A DNA stretch of 62,411 nucleotides, filler included, from Sphacelaria rigidula (GCA_964200075.2; 6 parts of 6 records of this genome joined end to end with filler, not necessarily neighbours in it); one strand, 5' to 3'. Positions 1-12,679 are shown, counted from the whole stretch's first letter. Made by a program: numbers and translations. The notes: generated from the sequence alone by a model not told the origin.

Positions 1-1243
1 CGTTTATCGCGAGTGATAGGCGGGTAGTGGGCGGTGTGTTGGGGTTATGTTGTGTGGGGGGGGTGCGGGGGGGGGGGGGGAGGCTATCGTAGAAAGTACC
101 ACAATGAAATATTTACAGAGTCGATCATTCCCAGTATTTCACGAGTAGGCACTGCTAATGCCGCAAGGTTTCTTCGCAAAGACCGGTGAAGATGATGGTG
201 TTATAGGACAACGGCGGAATATTAGCCCCATTGTACAGTGTGTAACGTCGCGACGGTATATCGTACGAAGAAACAATGGTTGAACTACGATTCTCGTGAT
301 GGTCACATCCCAAGACCAATCTGTGCCGAAACGTACCGGAAAATTTCATTTCTCTCTCACTGCCAGACGTTTCCGCAAGCCTCTGTGACCACCGGTGGTG
401 CTATCAATAGCACCACAGTGCAGGGACAGTCAGTACTCCACGAAAACATGTACGGCACAACTGCTTATAGCTTGGACGATATATCATGAAGCTATGATAT
501 ACGTGCGCTGACCCCAAATCCATCCGCGCAGCAAGTCATACACAAATGCATTCGTGCTTTTTCTCCAGGCGTTTCCACTGGGACGATTCAGGATTAATAC
601 AACGTGTTCAAGAGTGGTGCGGTATAGAGCCTCTCACACGGTCATTGTTCACCCCAAGGTGTAGTATGTGCTCACCATTCGTGTGAGGTTCGATCCCACC
701 GCCCGGCACACGTGTCGAGGGCGTTGTACGAGCTTGTCGCAGGACTTGCGCGTGCAAGGGAAACAGACGGAGAAGGAACAACAGCCAGGCAGAACCGTCT
801 TCTAACTTTTTCTCGGCCTCGCAGACCGTGCGAAATCGCGATTGACAGCACGAAGAGGGTCATGATCCAAACCTCTGTTCACGGGCTACTTGCCGGTGAC
901 TGTGCTGTTTGCGACGCGACTAGGTGGTGCTAAAACCAGTACGGAAAACCTTATCCCTTGTATTGTTCCGAGATATACCATCTATCCACCACCGTTTCGT
1001 AGGTGACGAGCAAAAATGTGATGCAAAAAGACGCCTGTGTCGGAATGCCCTCGACGAGAGTCCCCCTTGTTCGACATAGTTCGTACCTGAGATGCATGAC
1101 TCCACTACCGACAGCTCTACACAACGTTTAATAATAATGGAGTTTCGGTAACAAGCGCATTTGAACAAACGTTGCTGCTTTCAACTACGAGTTGAGGTAG
1201 AATTTGGGGCAAGCAATGACCCCAAATCCCCCCCAACCCCCCC

Positions 1244-1350
1244 ATCAAGCCTGGTCCGGGGAAACTCCGGCGTGCTCCGCCCCGGCTTTGTACGGATGCG
1301 GGGTCAACGACCTTATAATTATGGCATGCAAGACCATGAATATCCCCCCC
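1244..1350 (+). mobile_element. Short SINE-like element ending in an oligo-C tract (copy 1)
   Basis: AAGCCTGGTCCGGGGAAACTCCGGCGTGCTCCGCCCCGGCTTTGTACGGATGCGGGGTCAA...CATGAATATCCCCCCC; homologous to 1824-1957(-), 39680-39804(-), 40733-40848(+) and 52094-52160(+). Confidence 0.7.
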
Positions 1351-1684
1351 TGCCGCAGCATCACTCCGTTTCGACTCCAACTGTACCAGTGGTAATACTT
1401 CTATAGCAACAGAACCTCTGAACGAGAAACCAGGGTTGAGAAATGGGCGTATCGTTCGTTTTCCAACACAGAGAAAACTGGTGGTGAAGTCATGACACAC
1501 CGGTCGCAATGGCACACGCGCACATCTAAAGAGTCAGCTAGCTTGTGCACAAGGCTGTATACCCACCTGGCGCGATATGACCTTGCTGGGGATTGATACT
1601 GCGATAACTCCCCTCAGAAACGCGGCCGGCTTAAGAGAACAAAACCTACTTGTAAATGGTAAGGCAAAAGCCGAGTATACCGCG

Positions 1685-1812
1685 TAGCTAGAAACTCCCA
1701 CGCTTGGTATCGTTTCCGCCAATGCCACCCGTATAAGGCGCTTCATTTAGCCTGAAACTAGCCATTATGTCCGGTATGGCCCTTTTCTTCGTGACAGTTA
1801 TAGGGCTGGTTC
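1685..1812. mobile_element. Diverged copy of the GACAC-TIR MITE interior
   Basis: CCCACGCTTGG...CGCCAATG...AAGGCGCTTCATTTAGCCTGAAAC...GTATGGCC...TTCGTGAC...GCTGGTT aligns with 12778-12905. Confidence 0.6.
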
Positions 1813-1823
1813 GGTGCGCGCGC

Positions 1824-1957
1824 GGGGGGGGGGGAGGGGTGGTGTACTCATGATCTTGCATACCATAGGCATGTGACCATTGACCTCGCATCCCTACAAA
1901 GCCGAGACGGAGCACCCCGGGTTTTCGCCGGACCAGGCTGGTTGTTGGGGGGGGGGG
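1824..1957 (-). mobile_element. C-tailed SINE-like element (copy 2), inserted in a G tract
   Basis: Reverse complement of the 1244-1350 element, with G runs on both sides. Confidence 0.7.
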
Positions 1958-2091
1958 TATCGCGGCACCCCTCTGAGAGTGGATGCGGCTTGTTATACTA
2001 TTCAAACGCATCGCCGCCTCCGGCGTGAAATGTGCAAAGGCTTCAGCATCAGGCGGAAATCCCACGGCGTCGCCATTTTTCTTGAAAGCAG

Positions 2092-5000
2092 GTAGAACAA
2101 CGGCAGAAGAAGCAAGCTGAACTGGAATCGCGTCGTGCCGCTGGTTTGGGCGACCCAGTCCCTACTTCGGAGGAGGTGAAACCAAATGGGTTTTCCCAAT
2201 AGATGTTTTGAGCTATGTGGCAGATCCATCGAGCGAGTGTTTCAGTTAGTTTTGCTTTTCATGGGTACGTCTATCATGCGACCACGGTTGGACCCCTGGG
2301 GGGTCAGGTAAAGTGCGAAAACCAATCAGTCAATCAAATAATCAATTCACCTCTTCTAGTTCGCCTTTACATTTTGATGTATACGCCAACAAAAAAAGCA
2401 GGCCACGATGTGCCAGAAGCGAATGCACACGACTGTCTCGTTGATCACCACAGTAGCTTATTTCTGGCTAGAGCACGGATTCGCTACTGCTCCATCAACA
2501 TCAAGTTCGCAGTGTATCACTTGTCCTTCTCGCTGCTCCTTTCGAGATTCACATATTCTTCTGCAAAACAAATCGTTGATTCGATGGGCAGCCCTTCTTT
2601 TTGTTTGCTGTCGTGGAATAACACAAACGTTGATGGTATTCAGAGCGGAAACGACAAAATTCGCTCATCAGAATTCCATGGAAACGCTAAATTCCCGGAG
2701 CAGTGCAGTTTTTTTCGCGGGACAAAGACTGCGGAGAAAAGCAAACCATTTCGGGGTACGACACAAACTCGAACACAGCACGTATATCGCATTCCACGCA
2801 CAATCAAGGCACTTAAATATCCTTGCCATCTCCGTCCCCCAAAGTAGAGGCATTTTGCGCCTTCGTTTTTCAATACGCGAAAAATTATCTTCGTCCGACA
2901 ACCTCGGCTGAGTGTTTTACCCAGATCCGACGTGAGGAGCAGCGGACGGCTCAGGCTAAGGCGGACGCTGCCGAGGACAGGCGTCTCGTCAAAGAGGTAG
3001 AATGATATATACCCAAGCAGCACACAAACGAGGAGCTGCCGAAACTCGTCGGTTGCATAGCAACACCCGCAGATCTGTTGGCGTGACACGTTCTTGGTAA
3101 TGAGACTTTGATCGGCCCTCCCTCGCCCCAACCCTTTGCAAGCGATCCCCCCTCCGAAGAGATTGAAGTCGATATAAACTCAACCTCGCATATTTTGGAA
3201 GTCGAGCCTTAATACTGCCATACTTCAAATTTTCGGTGCGTAGGAAGTATTGTGTGGGGGACAGTTGAGATCCGTGTCGCTGGCCGTTTTCCTGTCTTCT
3301 TCACCAACATGAGACTGAACTCCATGAATCCCCTTAACTTGTTCTTATGAGGCGGGCGGCTCGATATTCCTGATCTCATGGTGAGTGCCTTCTTTTCTTC
3401 CCCGATCCATGCCCCTCCGTTCCTCGCCCGCTTCCCGCACACACTTCCCCGCGCTCTCCCTCATATCTCCGGTAATATCTTTATCCGGCAAATATACAAT
3501 ACTCTCTGCCATATGACAGCTTGGGGTGTTCAGGATCGCAGACTCTTTTAGTGCAGCGGACAGCAACGCCAGCCGTCGGGACACCATCGAAAGCCTTTTC
3601 GACATGGCCTCCTCAAAAGTTGAACAGCATGCTCCATCCTCGGAAAGCAACACTGCTGCTACTACATCATCCACTACTTCTACAACTACAGCTACTGCTG
3701 CGGCTACCCTATATCACCACGATACTTGCAGGCATCAATCCATAAAGATCACTGACGCAACAACCGATAACGCAACAGATACAACGCATGACGCCGCTGC
3801 TGCCGACAGCAGCAAACCAGGGGATAATTCCGGTATACCCCCCGATCTACCACCACCCCCTCCTTGTGAAACGAAAGACCTTCGCAGTCCAAACTCAACT
3901 GCACGAAACACCAGCACTGCTGATGAAAAAGAGGAGGACGAGCAAGTTGTAACGCCACCGCCCCCGGCGACGGGCAACGATAACGGTGTCCCGGATGGAA
4001 CAAAAGGCGGCGGTGACAGCAAAGAAGTAGAGGGTGACGAAGAGGAAATTCGTCGAGAGAGAGTGGCGCGGTCGATCGCTATTTATAGGGCGCAGTTGGA
4101 TGCGGAACGCCGTCAAGAACAGGCGAGTGTGAAGGAGAAAGAAATATCAGTTGTGTTGAAGGAAAAACGCCGATGTTTCACTGCGCGCAACATCCCCCCC
4201 CTCCCCTCGGCCTCCCACCCCCAAGCCCCTCCCGCTCCCCTTCTTTCATGATCAAACCGTGTTTTCTCACGTTTGATAGATGAAACACAGGTTCTACTGT
4301 AGTGCGTTAGAGGACCGCGTGCTTAGAGGACCGCATCGGAACTTGAACACCCCTATGGTTAGGGTTAGGGTTAGGGTTAGTGTTTGAGTTAGGGTCAGGG
4401 GCGTGGTACCTGCAGGGACTGAGCAGATTGGTTTTGATAAACGCCGATCCTGATAAATTTGAACTGGGGCGCGCTCCTCTAAGCACGCGCTCCTCTCGTG
4501 CACTACACTGCAACCTAGAGTGTCGCCTGCACAAACTGAAGCAATCGCAAAGCGTACTATAGACGGCGCATCTTTCTGGGGCATCAGCGCAAGCTCGTGC
4601 CGGAAAAAACTGTTGGATGTTGTTTCACGATTTACTTCGTGCGTCCTTACCCTCTCTCTGTAGTGGCGTCGTTTAAACCTTGAGAGCGCGAGCAAAGAAA
4701 TTTTGACGAGTCAACGCGGCGAGGGAGTGCTGATCCTATCCGCGGTTTCATGGTGTCAGGCGTGTGCCAGAGGAGAGACGGAATGATCCCTTGAGACCTC
4801 GGAAGGGAAGGGGTTGGGATTATGGAACGAAACATAATAGTGATATTTTACGACCATCGCCTCAGAGAAGACTGTGATCGACGATTACTTACGTAAGACT
4901 TGATTGATTGATTGATTGATTGATTGAATGTCACACTTTAACTGACCCCCCATGGGTCCAGCCGAGGTCGCATGATAGACGTACCCAAGAAAAGCAAAAC

Positions 5001-8000
5001 TGGAACACTCGCTGAAGGAAAGAAGGAACATAAAAAGTTTGAACAGAAATAGTAGACGAAGACGTGGGAAAAAATAATAACATGAAAAAGTCAACAAAAG
5101 CAGAGCAGATAAAGAAATTGCCGACCTCGAACAAAAAACAAGAAAAACGAAAAACAAAAAACAGAAAAGAAGAGGAAAGAAAAGAGCAAACGAAATGGAA
5201 TAAAATATAAACAGCCGGATATATACATGGACACGACCCATTTTTTGGACGCAGCAGTCAAGTGTGAGATCGCAAAACACGATCTGAGAATCTCTGATAC
5301 CGGAACATTCTCTCGAAAAATACGAAAACACAAGAAACAAAGTAGGATTGTTGGTTTTCTGAACTCAATGTCTTGTGAGTCCCTAAGTAGTTGTTCCAAC
5401 ATATGTTTTCCGTGGTATTGCAGGCTCTCTTGCACAATGCGGTCGCGGAATCCCTTCATAACAACAACCATCTTTCTCGACCACCAGCGTCGTATCGTGG
5501 CGCCGGATGGAACTCACCACCCAATGCTCCCATCGGCCCTGCCGCAACCCCTGAGGAATTCCCGTGCAAGCAGCAGCAGGAGGGGTGTGTCCAGGTGAAT
5601 ACTTGGCAGAGACAAGACCCCAAAATCTCCAAAATTTCGTCCTCCCCGTCTTTGGAGATTGGTATCGTTCGACGATGTATAAAGTTTGCCCCCGTCATTT
5701 GCCCATCCTTTTTTGACTACTTGTCTCAGTGCCTGTGTTGACATGCTATCGGGTTATGGTGACTCTTGAGTAGCTTATGACGGGTCGGAACATGCCAGCA
5801 GCCAGGGCCCTGAGCCCCGTGTACAGCCGAATGGATTGCACCTGCAGGGTTTCCGGGCGATCTGATGTCCAAACTATTGCAACGGTATCTGAAATGAGCT
5901 GTATTGTATTATGTCTGTATTCATTTAGCCTTTTTTATTAGCAGGAGGCAGCCCTTCCTTTACCAGTAAGCCTGGGGTGGGCTCAAGCACAAAACCGATA
6001 CTTTGCGCAAATAGAGCAGATGTCAAAACTTCTCCGAAAACGCCCGGTATATCCGCAAAAAGCACGACGGGTACAGAGTAGAAGCGAAACAGAGATTGCT
6101 ACCATTGAGTTCAAATCTGCTTTCCAAAAACTCGTCCCCGGTCCGAGTTAGCGCTACTATACGAAGCGTAGTTGTACGGTCGACCGTCCTCGCAGGTACG
6201 CCGGAAATTATTCTTCTACTAGACGTGAACTGAACGAAGGACTACGCTTCCGCACGTTCATAGTGCAGGAAACAACCGATCTCTCGAGCCAGGGGTGCAT
6301 TCACTGGACTCCACATGCGGACAAGGTCCTAGTTGACCTAGTACAGGAATGCGAGTTCGACTTCGAAGAAGTGACCGCCAGACTATTCAAAATGTCGACC
6401 GAGAATGATGCCGGCACGGTCGACGCCGGGCGGGTACCAACGGCCGACGACTGTCGGATTCGCTACACGGATCTCGACATGTTGGAGGGGATTGTCATCG
6501 GCGGCGACGAGGACGACGGCGAGGCCAAGCAAGGTGAATGCGGAGGACATCTCATCGGAGGGAATGTAGTCGAGTTGCCGGCGATGGCCTGTGCGGTTGA
6601 GAGCCTACCTGACTGTGGGGGTATTGCATAGACCCCCAAGACAGTCCTGCCTGGAATGTAGTGAAAAACTCAAAGTGCCGTCTGTTGTGGTTTACGGTCC
6701 AGCTTTGTGTCGCCCATCCCTCATAGCAGCGGTTTTGTTAATTAGGGATCACGTAAGTCTCCTGACCGCAGCCCTAAGCCTTGCCTCACCCTACCGCTAT
6801 CTCTCATCCTGTTCAGTTGCGCCTGGAGTGCTAGAAAACGCCGGATTGTCGTTTGATGAGCTTGAACACAGGTCAAGGCACGCTGTGTCCAGGTAAGAGC
6901 GCATGCATATGTCACGGAACCCTCTCAAAGCGCACATAGATATTTTTTCGGACTATCATAGAGTATTCATGGTCACCTCCACACACGTCCTCGTCGTTGG
7001 TCTTGTGACTATGACGTGCAGTACAATAAATACACCGTCGTCGTCCGTCGTGTAATGCAGATGTGGGTACAGTTTTACCCGCAAATAACCGAGAGCTCGC
7101 GAACGACCAAGCTGGGGATTGCCTGGCTGGACGTCAGTTGATGATAGCGCATTTGAACAATAGTGTGTAGTCGAACCGGCTTATACGCAGTATGTGCAGC
7201 ACCGCTCCGTATCATACCGTTACCGTATTAATTACGCACCTGTGTACGAGCATCTTATTGACAGGTGTGGCTCCCACAACGACATTCAGGTCACTTCGTC
7301 GTGTGTTTGACGCATTGAGCATTAATCACGCGTCGACAATACGCCTACCTGCGCGACATGTGCCAGCCGAAGCTGTGTGGCCTGTACGGCGTTAATGCTA
7401 GTCTTTTTTCGCCCCTTCTCCATTCGCTGTGCCCGCTCTTTCATTTCACTTGTATTTTCCTCATCTCTCGAGTCCCTTTCAGCGAGTGTTCCCGTTTATT
7501 TGCCTTGGGTAAGTCTATATTTCGACAGCGACTAAGTTCGTGGGGCATCAGTGAATGCGTGGCAACCAATCAGTCAATTTCACCGCACCATCATGAGTCA
7601 GCTGAGCACACGTTTTCAAAATGTTCTGCCAGCTTTTGGCCGCTGGCCGCTCGATCTAAGCACTATGGACTTCAAAATGCTATGAACTGGTCACATTCAG
7701 TCCACTTACCACGGAATTAGAGTCACGTTGTGATTTGTGAGTATGTTGGTCTCCGCGACTGTTACCTTCCACAGTAAGCCCTCGCCGGGACTCCCGTCTT
7801 TTCGAATGCCCTCAACCAGGATTTTCGCCCATATTGATAATTCGTCTGCCCATTTTATCACGACACATGGAAGCGACAAGGTGTAAGGTTCACATGACTT
7901 CTGCCAAAGTCTGCCACTCGTCCCCTCCACACAAAATCGCAGCTCACCACGCGTGTCGCGTGTGATACCCTGATGTCGCATTCGCCAATCGGTACGAAAT

Positions 8001-8630
8001 ACGAAGTACATAGGTTTTTACAGCGGCCCACTATGCTACCATCCTCAAAGGACGACGATCCCACCACTAGTGATGATAATAGCTCTGACAGCGACGGCAC
8101 CCCCTCATCATTGAAACACCGAGGTGGCGGCGGCGGCGGCGGCGAGGTGAGCACTTGAGGCAACCGCTACATCTCAGGGTAGCATGTATGGATCATGAGG
8201 GGATATAACATGAAGCACGAGTACTATGCGTTGCAGTGTTATTCGGTTTAAGTGTGCGCGTGTTTCGTCCGAAAACATACCGACACTCAAGGAATAGAAA
8301 TGGTGTGAAAGGTTCGAGATTGTCTCAGCCCCTGACGGCCAGACATTTGCAAAGAGGATCTCATGCTCGACGTGCGGAATCTTCAAACCGGTTGTGTCAG
8401 CTGCGCGAGTGGCTCACCTTCCTCGCTGTCCCCGTCGCTTGCCGTCGCTGCACACCCTGCGCCAAATGCCGGATATCTACCGCATTATATGCGTGGCGTT
8501 CATCATGATGTTGAAGGTATTGACAAGGGCGCAGATTAAGGCGCGACGCTCCGTGCCGATGCCGAGCGAAGTAGATAGGGACACGGACGGCAAGACTCGC
8601 TCCACGACATCGTTCCACGAACTCGATTGA
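2092..8630 (+). CDS. 3' part of a spliced gene (8 exons): coiled-coil region, low-complexity linker, Myb/SANT-like domain, C-terminal ELD*; possibly DNAAF1/ODA7-like
   Basis: Phase-consistent exons: 2092-2175 (VEQRQKKQAELESRR), 2925-2996 (IRREEQRTAQAK), 3520-4122 (LGVFRIADSF...RRQEQ, GC donor), 5424-5594, 6269-6533 (WTPHADKVLVDLVQECEFDFEEV...DDCRIRYTDLD), 6817-6892, 8014-8146, 8517-8630 (...SFHELD*). All have AG acceptors. The DNAAF1 idea is an inference from the ELD terminus and charged helix; the diagnostic LRRs were not found in the window. Confidence 0.75.
2230..2347 (+). mobile_element. 3' fragment of a retroposon with a (CAAT)n-like tail
   Basis: GCGAGTGTTTCAG...GGGTACGTCTATCATGCGACCACGGTTGGACCC...CCAATCAGTCAATCAAATAATCAAT; matches 4899-5020(-), 7476-7580(+) and about 30620-30700(-). 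Confidence 0.65.
4298..4507. mobile_element. MITE with ~30-bp imperfect TIRs and internal (TTAGGG)n-like repeats
   Basis: Left end TGTAGTGCGTTAGAGGACCGCGTGCTTAGAGG; right end CCTCTAAGCACGCGCTCCTCTCGTGCACTACA; internal GGTTAGGGTTAGGGTTAGGGTTAG. Related to 24232-24350 and 28581-29887. Confidence 0.7.
4899..5200 (-). mobile_element. Retroposon 3' end with (CAAT)n tail and T-rich body
   Basis: (ATTG)n microsatellite at about 4901-4926 followed by the reverse complement of the 2230-2347 element. Confidence 0.65.
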
Positions 8631-10319
8631 TGTCACTTCATGTTGTATGGTGAAGGCAGCAGCGTTTCTTGAAGCGGGAAGTGCAGCGCACATGAGTGCT
8701 GCTGCGGTTGTTTGCATAGGTATACGTCAAGCGGGCGGTTGGGTTAATCGACAAACCCCGTTCTGGACAATATGACCAGTTTCCGATTTTTAAATAAAAA
8801 GTGCGTAGTTGAGGTTCCGGAAACCAAGGTATCGGCCGAGGTATATCATTATGGCTGTTTCAAACGATGCGTGCACTCTATTTCTATGGGGTCCGCAACG
8901 TTTCAAGAGTAAGCACTGGCCTAGGCATATCATTCTCCGCACACAAATGGTGAAGCACAAGGTTGTCGGAAGGCTTCATCAAGGGGAGGAAACGCCATGA
9001 AAGGATAAACGGTATGCGTAGTACCTAACGGAGTTACTTACCCCTTATCTGTGACGCATAACTTTGAGAGATGACGAGAAAGCAATGGATGTATGAGTGA
9101 CATTGCTCTCAAGAATGTGCGACGCACACCTCATGATCGGCGTGTCTCCATGAGGCCTACATCTTGAGAGCTTTGCGACATACCGCTGTCGGAAACAATT
9201 GATTGCGAATGATGGGGTATTATTCTCTGGTAGGATGAGACTGGCCTTCGCGTGGGTCTGAGATGCTGTGATTATACACCTCGTTGCACACAGCATGTAG
9301 ACGTTCGAGGCGAGCGTTAGCGACACATCGGTGGGTGGATGTGATGAGTGATAACTCACGCTGTGCACAGGTGTTTGTAACGGGAGTTGAGGCTGTTTGT
9401 TGCTGTGTTCTTATGAGACTCCTTGCGAGCCTGCCCTTTCGGTAATATGATATTTGGCTGAACGTTGGCACAATAATATCTATCGATGGAGCAATGGGTG
9501 GGAGAATCTCGGACGTATGCAGCCAGCGGTGTGGTTGAAGAGCAGTGCACCTTTCCTTCCCCGTCCGAATAAATGAGAATGTGTTGAATCAACTTTCCCT
9601 CGGGAGTTTGATTGCGCTAATAGGGGACATAAAAAATTGCGCGCTATGTGTGTCGTTTGGCGCATGGGTATTCCCTTTACAGCATGAGCGTCGCCACGCA
9701 AGTTGTACTTCAGGCGTTACATATCAAAGGCACCGCATGAAATACGACGTGGTTGCTGCTTAGACCGGTGACAACGACGACCGGCACATGCTGAGGTGTC
9801 GTTGCAGCGCGAACAGCGTGGATGACTAATGCGTTTCATACTCTGGGATACGTCCGGGCGCTGTTTCTGGCGGCAGCGGACTCATGGAAATTTCGGGCGC
9901 CTCTGACGCACTGAATACGCTGCACCAGTCAAACACGCAACCGCTTGAAAAGTATCTTCATTTGCCAAGTCTTCGAGCCATGCTACGATAGGGGGTGAGG
10001 GTGTTCGATTCCACGAAATATGTGCTCATAGATGCGTCAAATGACCCAAAACACTGGCGGTGCCCTTCTATTCGGGTAAAAGCGGTGGACAGCAGTATGG
10101 ATGAGCGTTACTTACCGGGATCAAGCGCGTTCGAACAACTGTTGGCTGCTTTCAACGGCGATCGAAGTGGAATTTCGTGGAAGAAAGCGGCCCAAAATAT
10201 CCCCGCCCCCCTGACTCCCATGATGCAGTGTAAAAGCTGTGGCTGTCTCTAGGAGTGGCGATACCACAGAATAAAGCAACTCATTGTAGGCTGTCATCCA
10301 AATGCAAGATAATCAGTAG

Positions 10320-10419
10320 NNNNNNNNNNNNNNNNNNNNNNNNNNNNNNNNNNNNNNNNNNNNTTAATTAATTAANNNNNNNNNNNNNNNNNNNNNNNNN
10401 NNNNNNNNNNNNNNNNNNN
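10320..10419. other. Artificial 100-bp linker
   Basis: N44-TTAATTAATTAA-N44 (stop codons in all six frames). Confidence 0.97.
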
Positions 10420-10444
10420 TGTGCACTTTTTGTGGGGGGGCTAT

Positions 10445-11240
10445 CTCGGTATGAGTCATACATTGCATGAGTGGAATGTTCGACAGGTGTAGAATTTGAG
10501 CCTTCGACCGAACCCCTAGAAGCTTTCGTGTCTGCGAGATATTCACCCCCATCTGTGCATCGCTTGTGACAGTGACAAGAGTAGCGATCGTTCTCCTACA
10601 CCCGATGTCATCACCACGCCACCATCGATAGCGTAGCTTTGTATCTAATCTCACCTGGCGGCAATATGGACAAACTCTGAACTGAAGGAGAAAAGAAAGC
10701 CACAGAGCAAGCTGGTGTTCACCAAAGGGAGCAGTATCCGCAGTGGCTACACACTCCAACAGCCGTTATAGACATGATCATGAGTCGTACGAGCGAAAGC
10801 AGGAATCATGTTGGCGACCTTGCAGCAGCGAATCGAACAAATTATAACACCAACCCTAACCACAACAAGGGTATACCGAGAATCCTCGGGCAAGGCGGGT
10901 GCAACGTGTTCCCTAGGCGAAGTGTGCGTTGCCAGACCTCAAATCGGTGCCCCAGGCGCCGATTCAGACAAAAACGCGTAGTGAGTACGCTAGAAGTATG
11001 CTAGGAGCACAGCTCCCATGAAAAGACCCGAATTTCGGTGTTCACAATAAAATCAAGATGGACCAACTTACCCTCCCGAATGATCAACTATACTGCGTCA
11101 AGAAGACACAAAAGACAGCATAAAGTCGTCGACCCCCTTTTGCTGAAGCCACATGGCACCGAAGCCCCATTCATGTCTTCCAGTGCACCCACCCGTTCTA
11201 AGACACACGCCTGTTGTATCGGCAGTGGTGGGTGACGGCC
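10445..11240 (-). repeat. ~800-bp dispersed repeat of unknown class
   Basis: Reverse-complement homolog of about 43060-43870 (shared AAGCTACGCTATCGATGGTGGCGTGGTGA and GATTTGAGGTCTGGCAA); sub-fragments at about 13340-13490 and 44235-44402. Confidence 0.75.
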
Positions 11241-11244
11241 GACG

Positions 11245-12618
11245 CACACGTGGACAGATCGCACCCTGTGGGGCACGTCTACAGGGTTCAGGGAAACTGT
11301 TCATTTAGCTGTAGGGTGTTTTTTGCGCCACACAGAACGCTTCACAGGGTTTCAGGGAAACTGTTCAGTGTTTCTCGCGGGGATTTGGCTGTACTTTGTT
11401 TTTTCGCGCCGCACAGTACGCTTCACAGGGTTTCGTCACCCCGAGTGCTGTTCGTTGTTGTTAATATGCTGTACAGCCTTTATATAGCGCACACACAATA
11501 TACTCCATACAGCATGGGCATGGTACTGGCAGCAAAAAACGGTCAAGAGATTGCAGTGGTAGGATTGAACTCACGATTTCGTGCTCGGGATTGCGACGAG
11601 TTGCACGTTGAGCGACCTGACTTGTTCTTGACAAGATCAGTATTTTGTACCTTTAATAACTGTCAAGCAAAGACCTCCATAAACAAAAGCATGATCGATT
11701 GAGTGATTTTGGTAGACACTGGACCGCGGGGTTTTCATAAGCTATGTGCATTCATGTGCGAGGTATATACCGTCAAACCAACATCTTTACCAAGCCTGCA
11801 GCGGAAGCGTCGCTTCGAAGCACAGGCGTGTGGACATAAACTCGTAAGCAGTGTGTGGGATATCTATTCAGCAAAAGCTGTTGTGAATTCATCCTTTCGC
11901 CCAACCGGTACATGAACTGGGGGGCAAGATGATGAATGAATTTTAACCATTTTCCCTACGTGTCGGATCCCATACGCTGATAACGGTGCAGTGTGCGGGA
12001 TCTACACAGTTGACGCTGTTCGCAATAAATCTCTTTTCGCCCAATTTCCGGATGGATTGGAGGGCAAAGTGAAGATTTATTTCGAGCTTCTTCTGCTGTT
12101 CAAAGTTCCAAATCTTCCAGTGTGCATGGGTTTTGTGCAGCAGAAAAAAGCTGTTCGAAATAAATCCTTGTTTTGCCCAATTTAATTGGGCGAAAAAAGT
12201 ATCTTTTTTGAATAGGTTCTTCTGCTGTTCGAAATAAATCCCTTTTTTTGCCCAATTAAATTGGGCGAGAAAAGGACCTGTTTAGAATAGCTTTTCCTCC
12301 TGTCCGAGATAAATTCCTCTTCGCCCGATTTGAATCGGGAAAAAAAGGGAATTATCTCGGACAGCAGGAGAAGCTATGAAAAATAAATAAATTTACGGAT
12401 TTAATACCAAACTAATTTGGAATTTTCGAAAAAACAAAAATGGAATTTCCAAATTGGGAGGGCCTCTCCACGGGGTCGCTTGCAGGGTTTCGACGAAAAC
12501 ACTATGCAAAATGCTCCTAGAGGTACTAGGGTTTGCAAATTCAATGCAGCGCTTCTCACAAAAGACTGTGAAAAACCCTGTGCAGCACGTCCTACAGGGT
12601 GCTATCTGCCCACGTGTG
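11245..12618. mobile_element. ~1.37-kb non-autonomous TIR transposon with CACACGTGG termini and a 2-bp CG TSD (CACTA/CMC-like)
   Basis: Left end CACACGTGGACAGATCGCACCCTGTGGG; right end CCTACAGGGTGCTATCTGCCCACGTGTG; CG flanks both ends; repeated subterminal ACAGGGTT motifs; partial second copy at 22746-23558 ends at the same CCACGTGTG. Confidence 0.75.
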
Positions 12619-12679
12619 CGGTTTGTTTTCTTTCCCTCTTGGAACACGATATCTTTGGAGTCCGATGAAAATCATGCAT

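Noticed and set aside
9835..10250. Possible minus-strand exons (GAGIFWAAFFHEIP...; AWLEDLANEDTFQA...)
   Set aside because: One good donor is present, but the frames are ambiguous and nothing is recognisable.
12145..12376. Palindromic repeat array as a CRISPR array
   Set aside because: There are no unique spacers and no cas genes; the array lies inside a eukaryotic TIR element.
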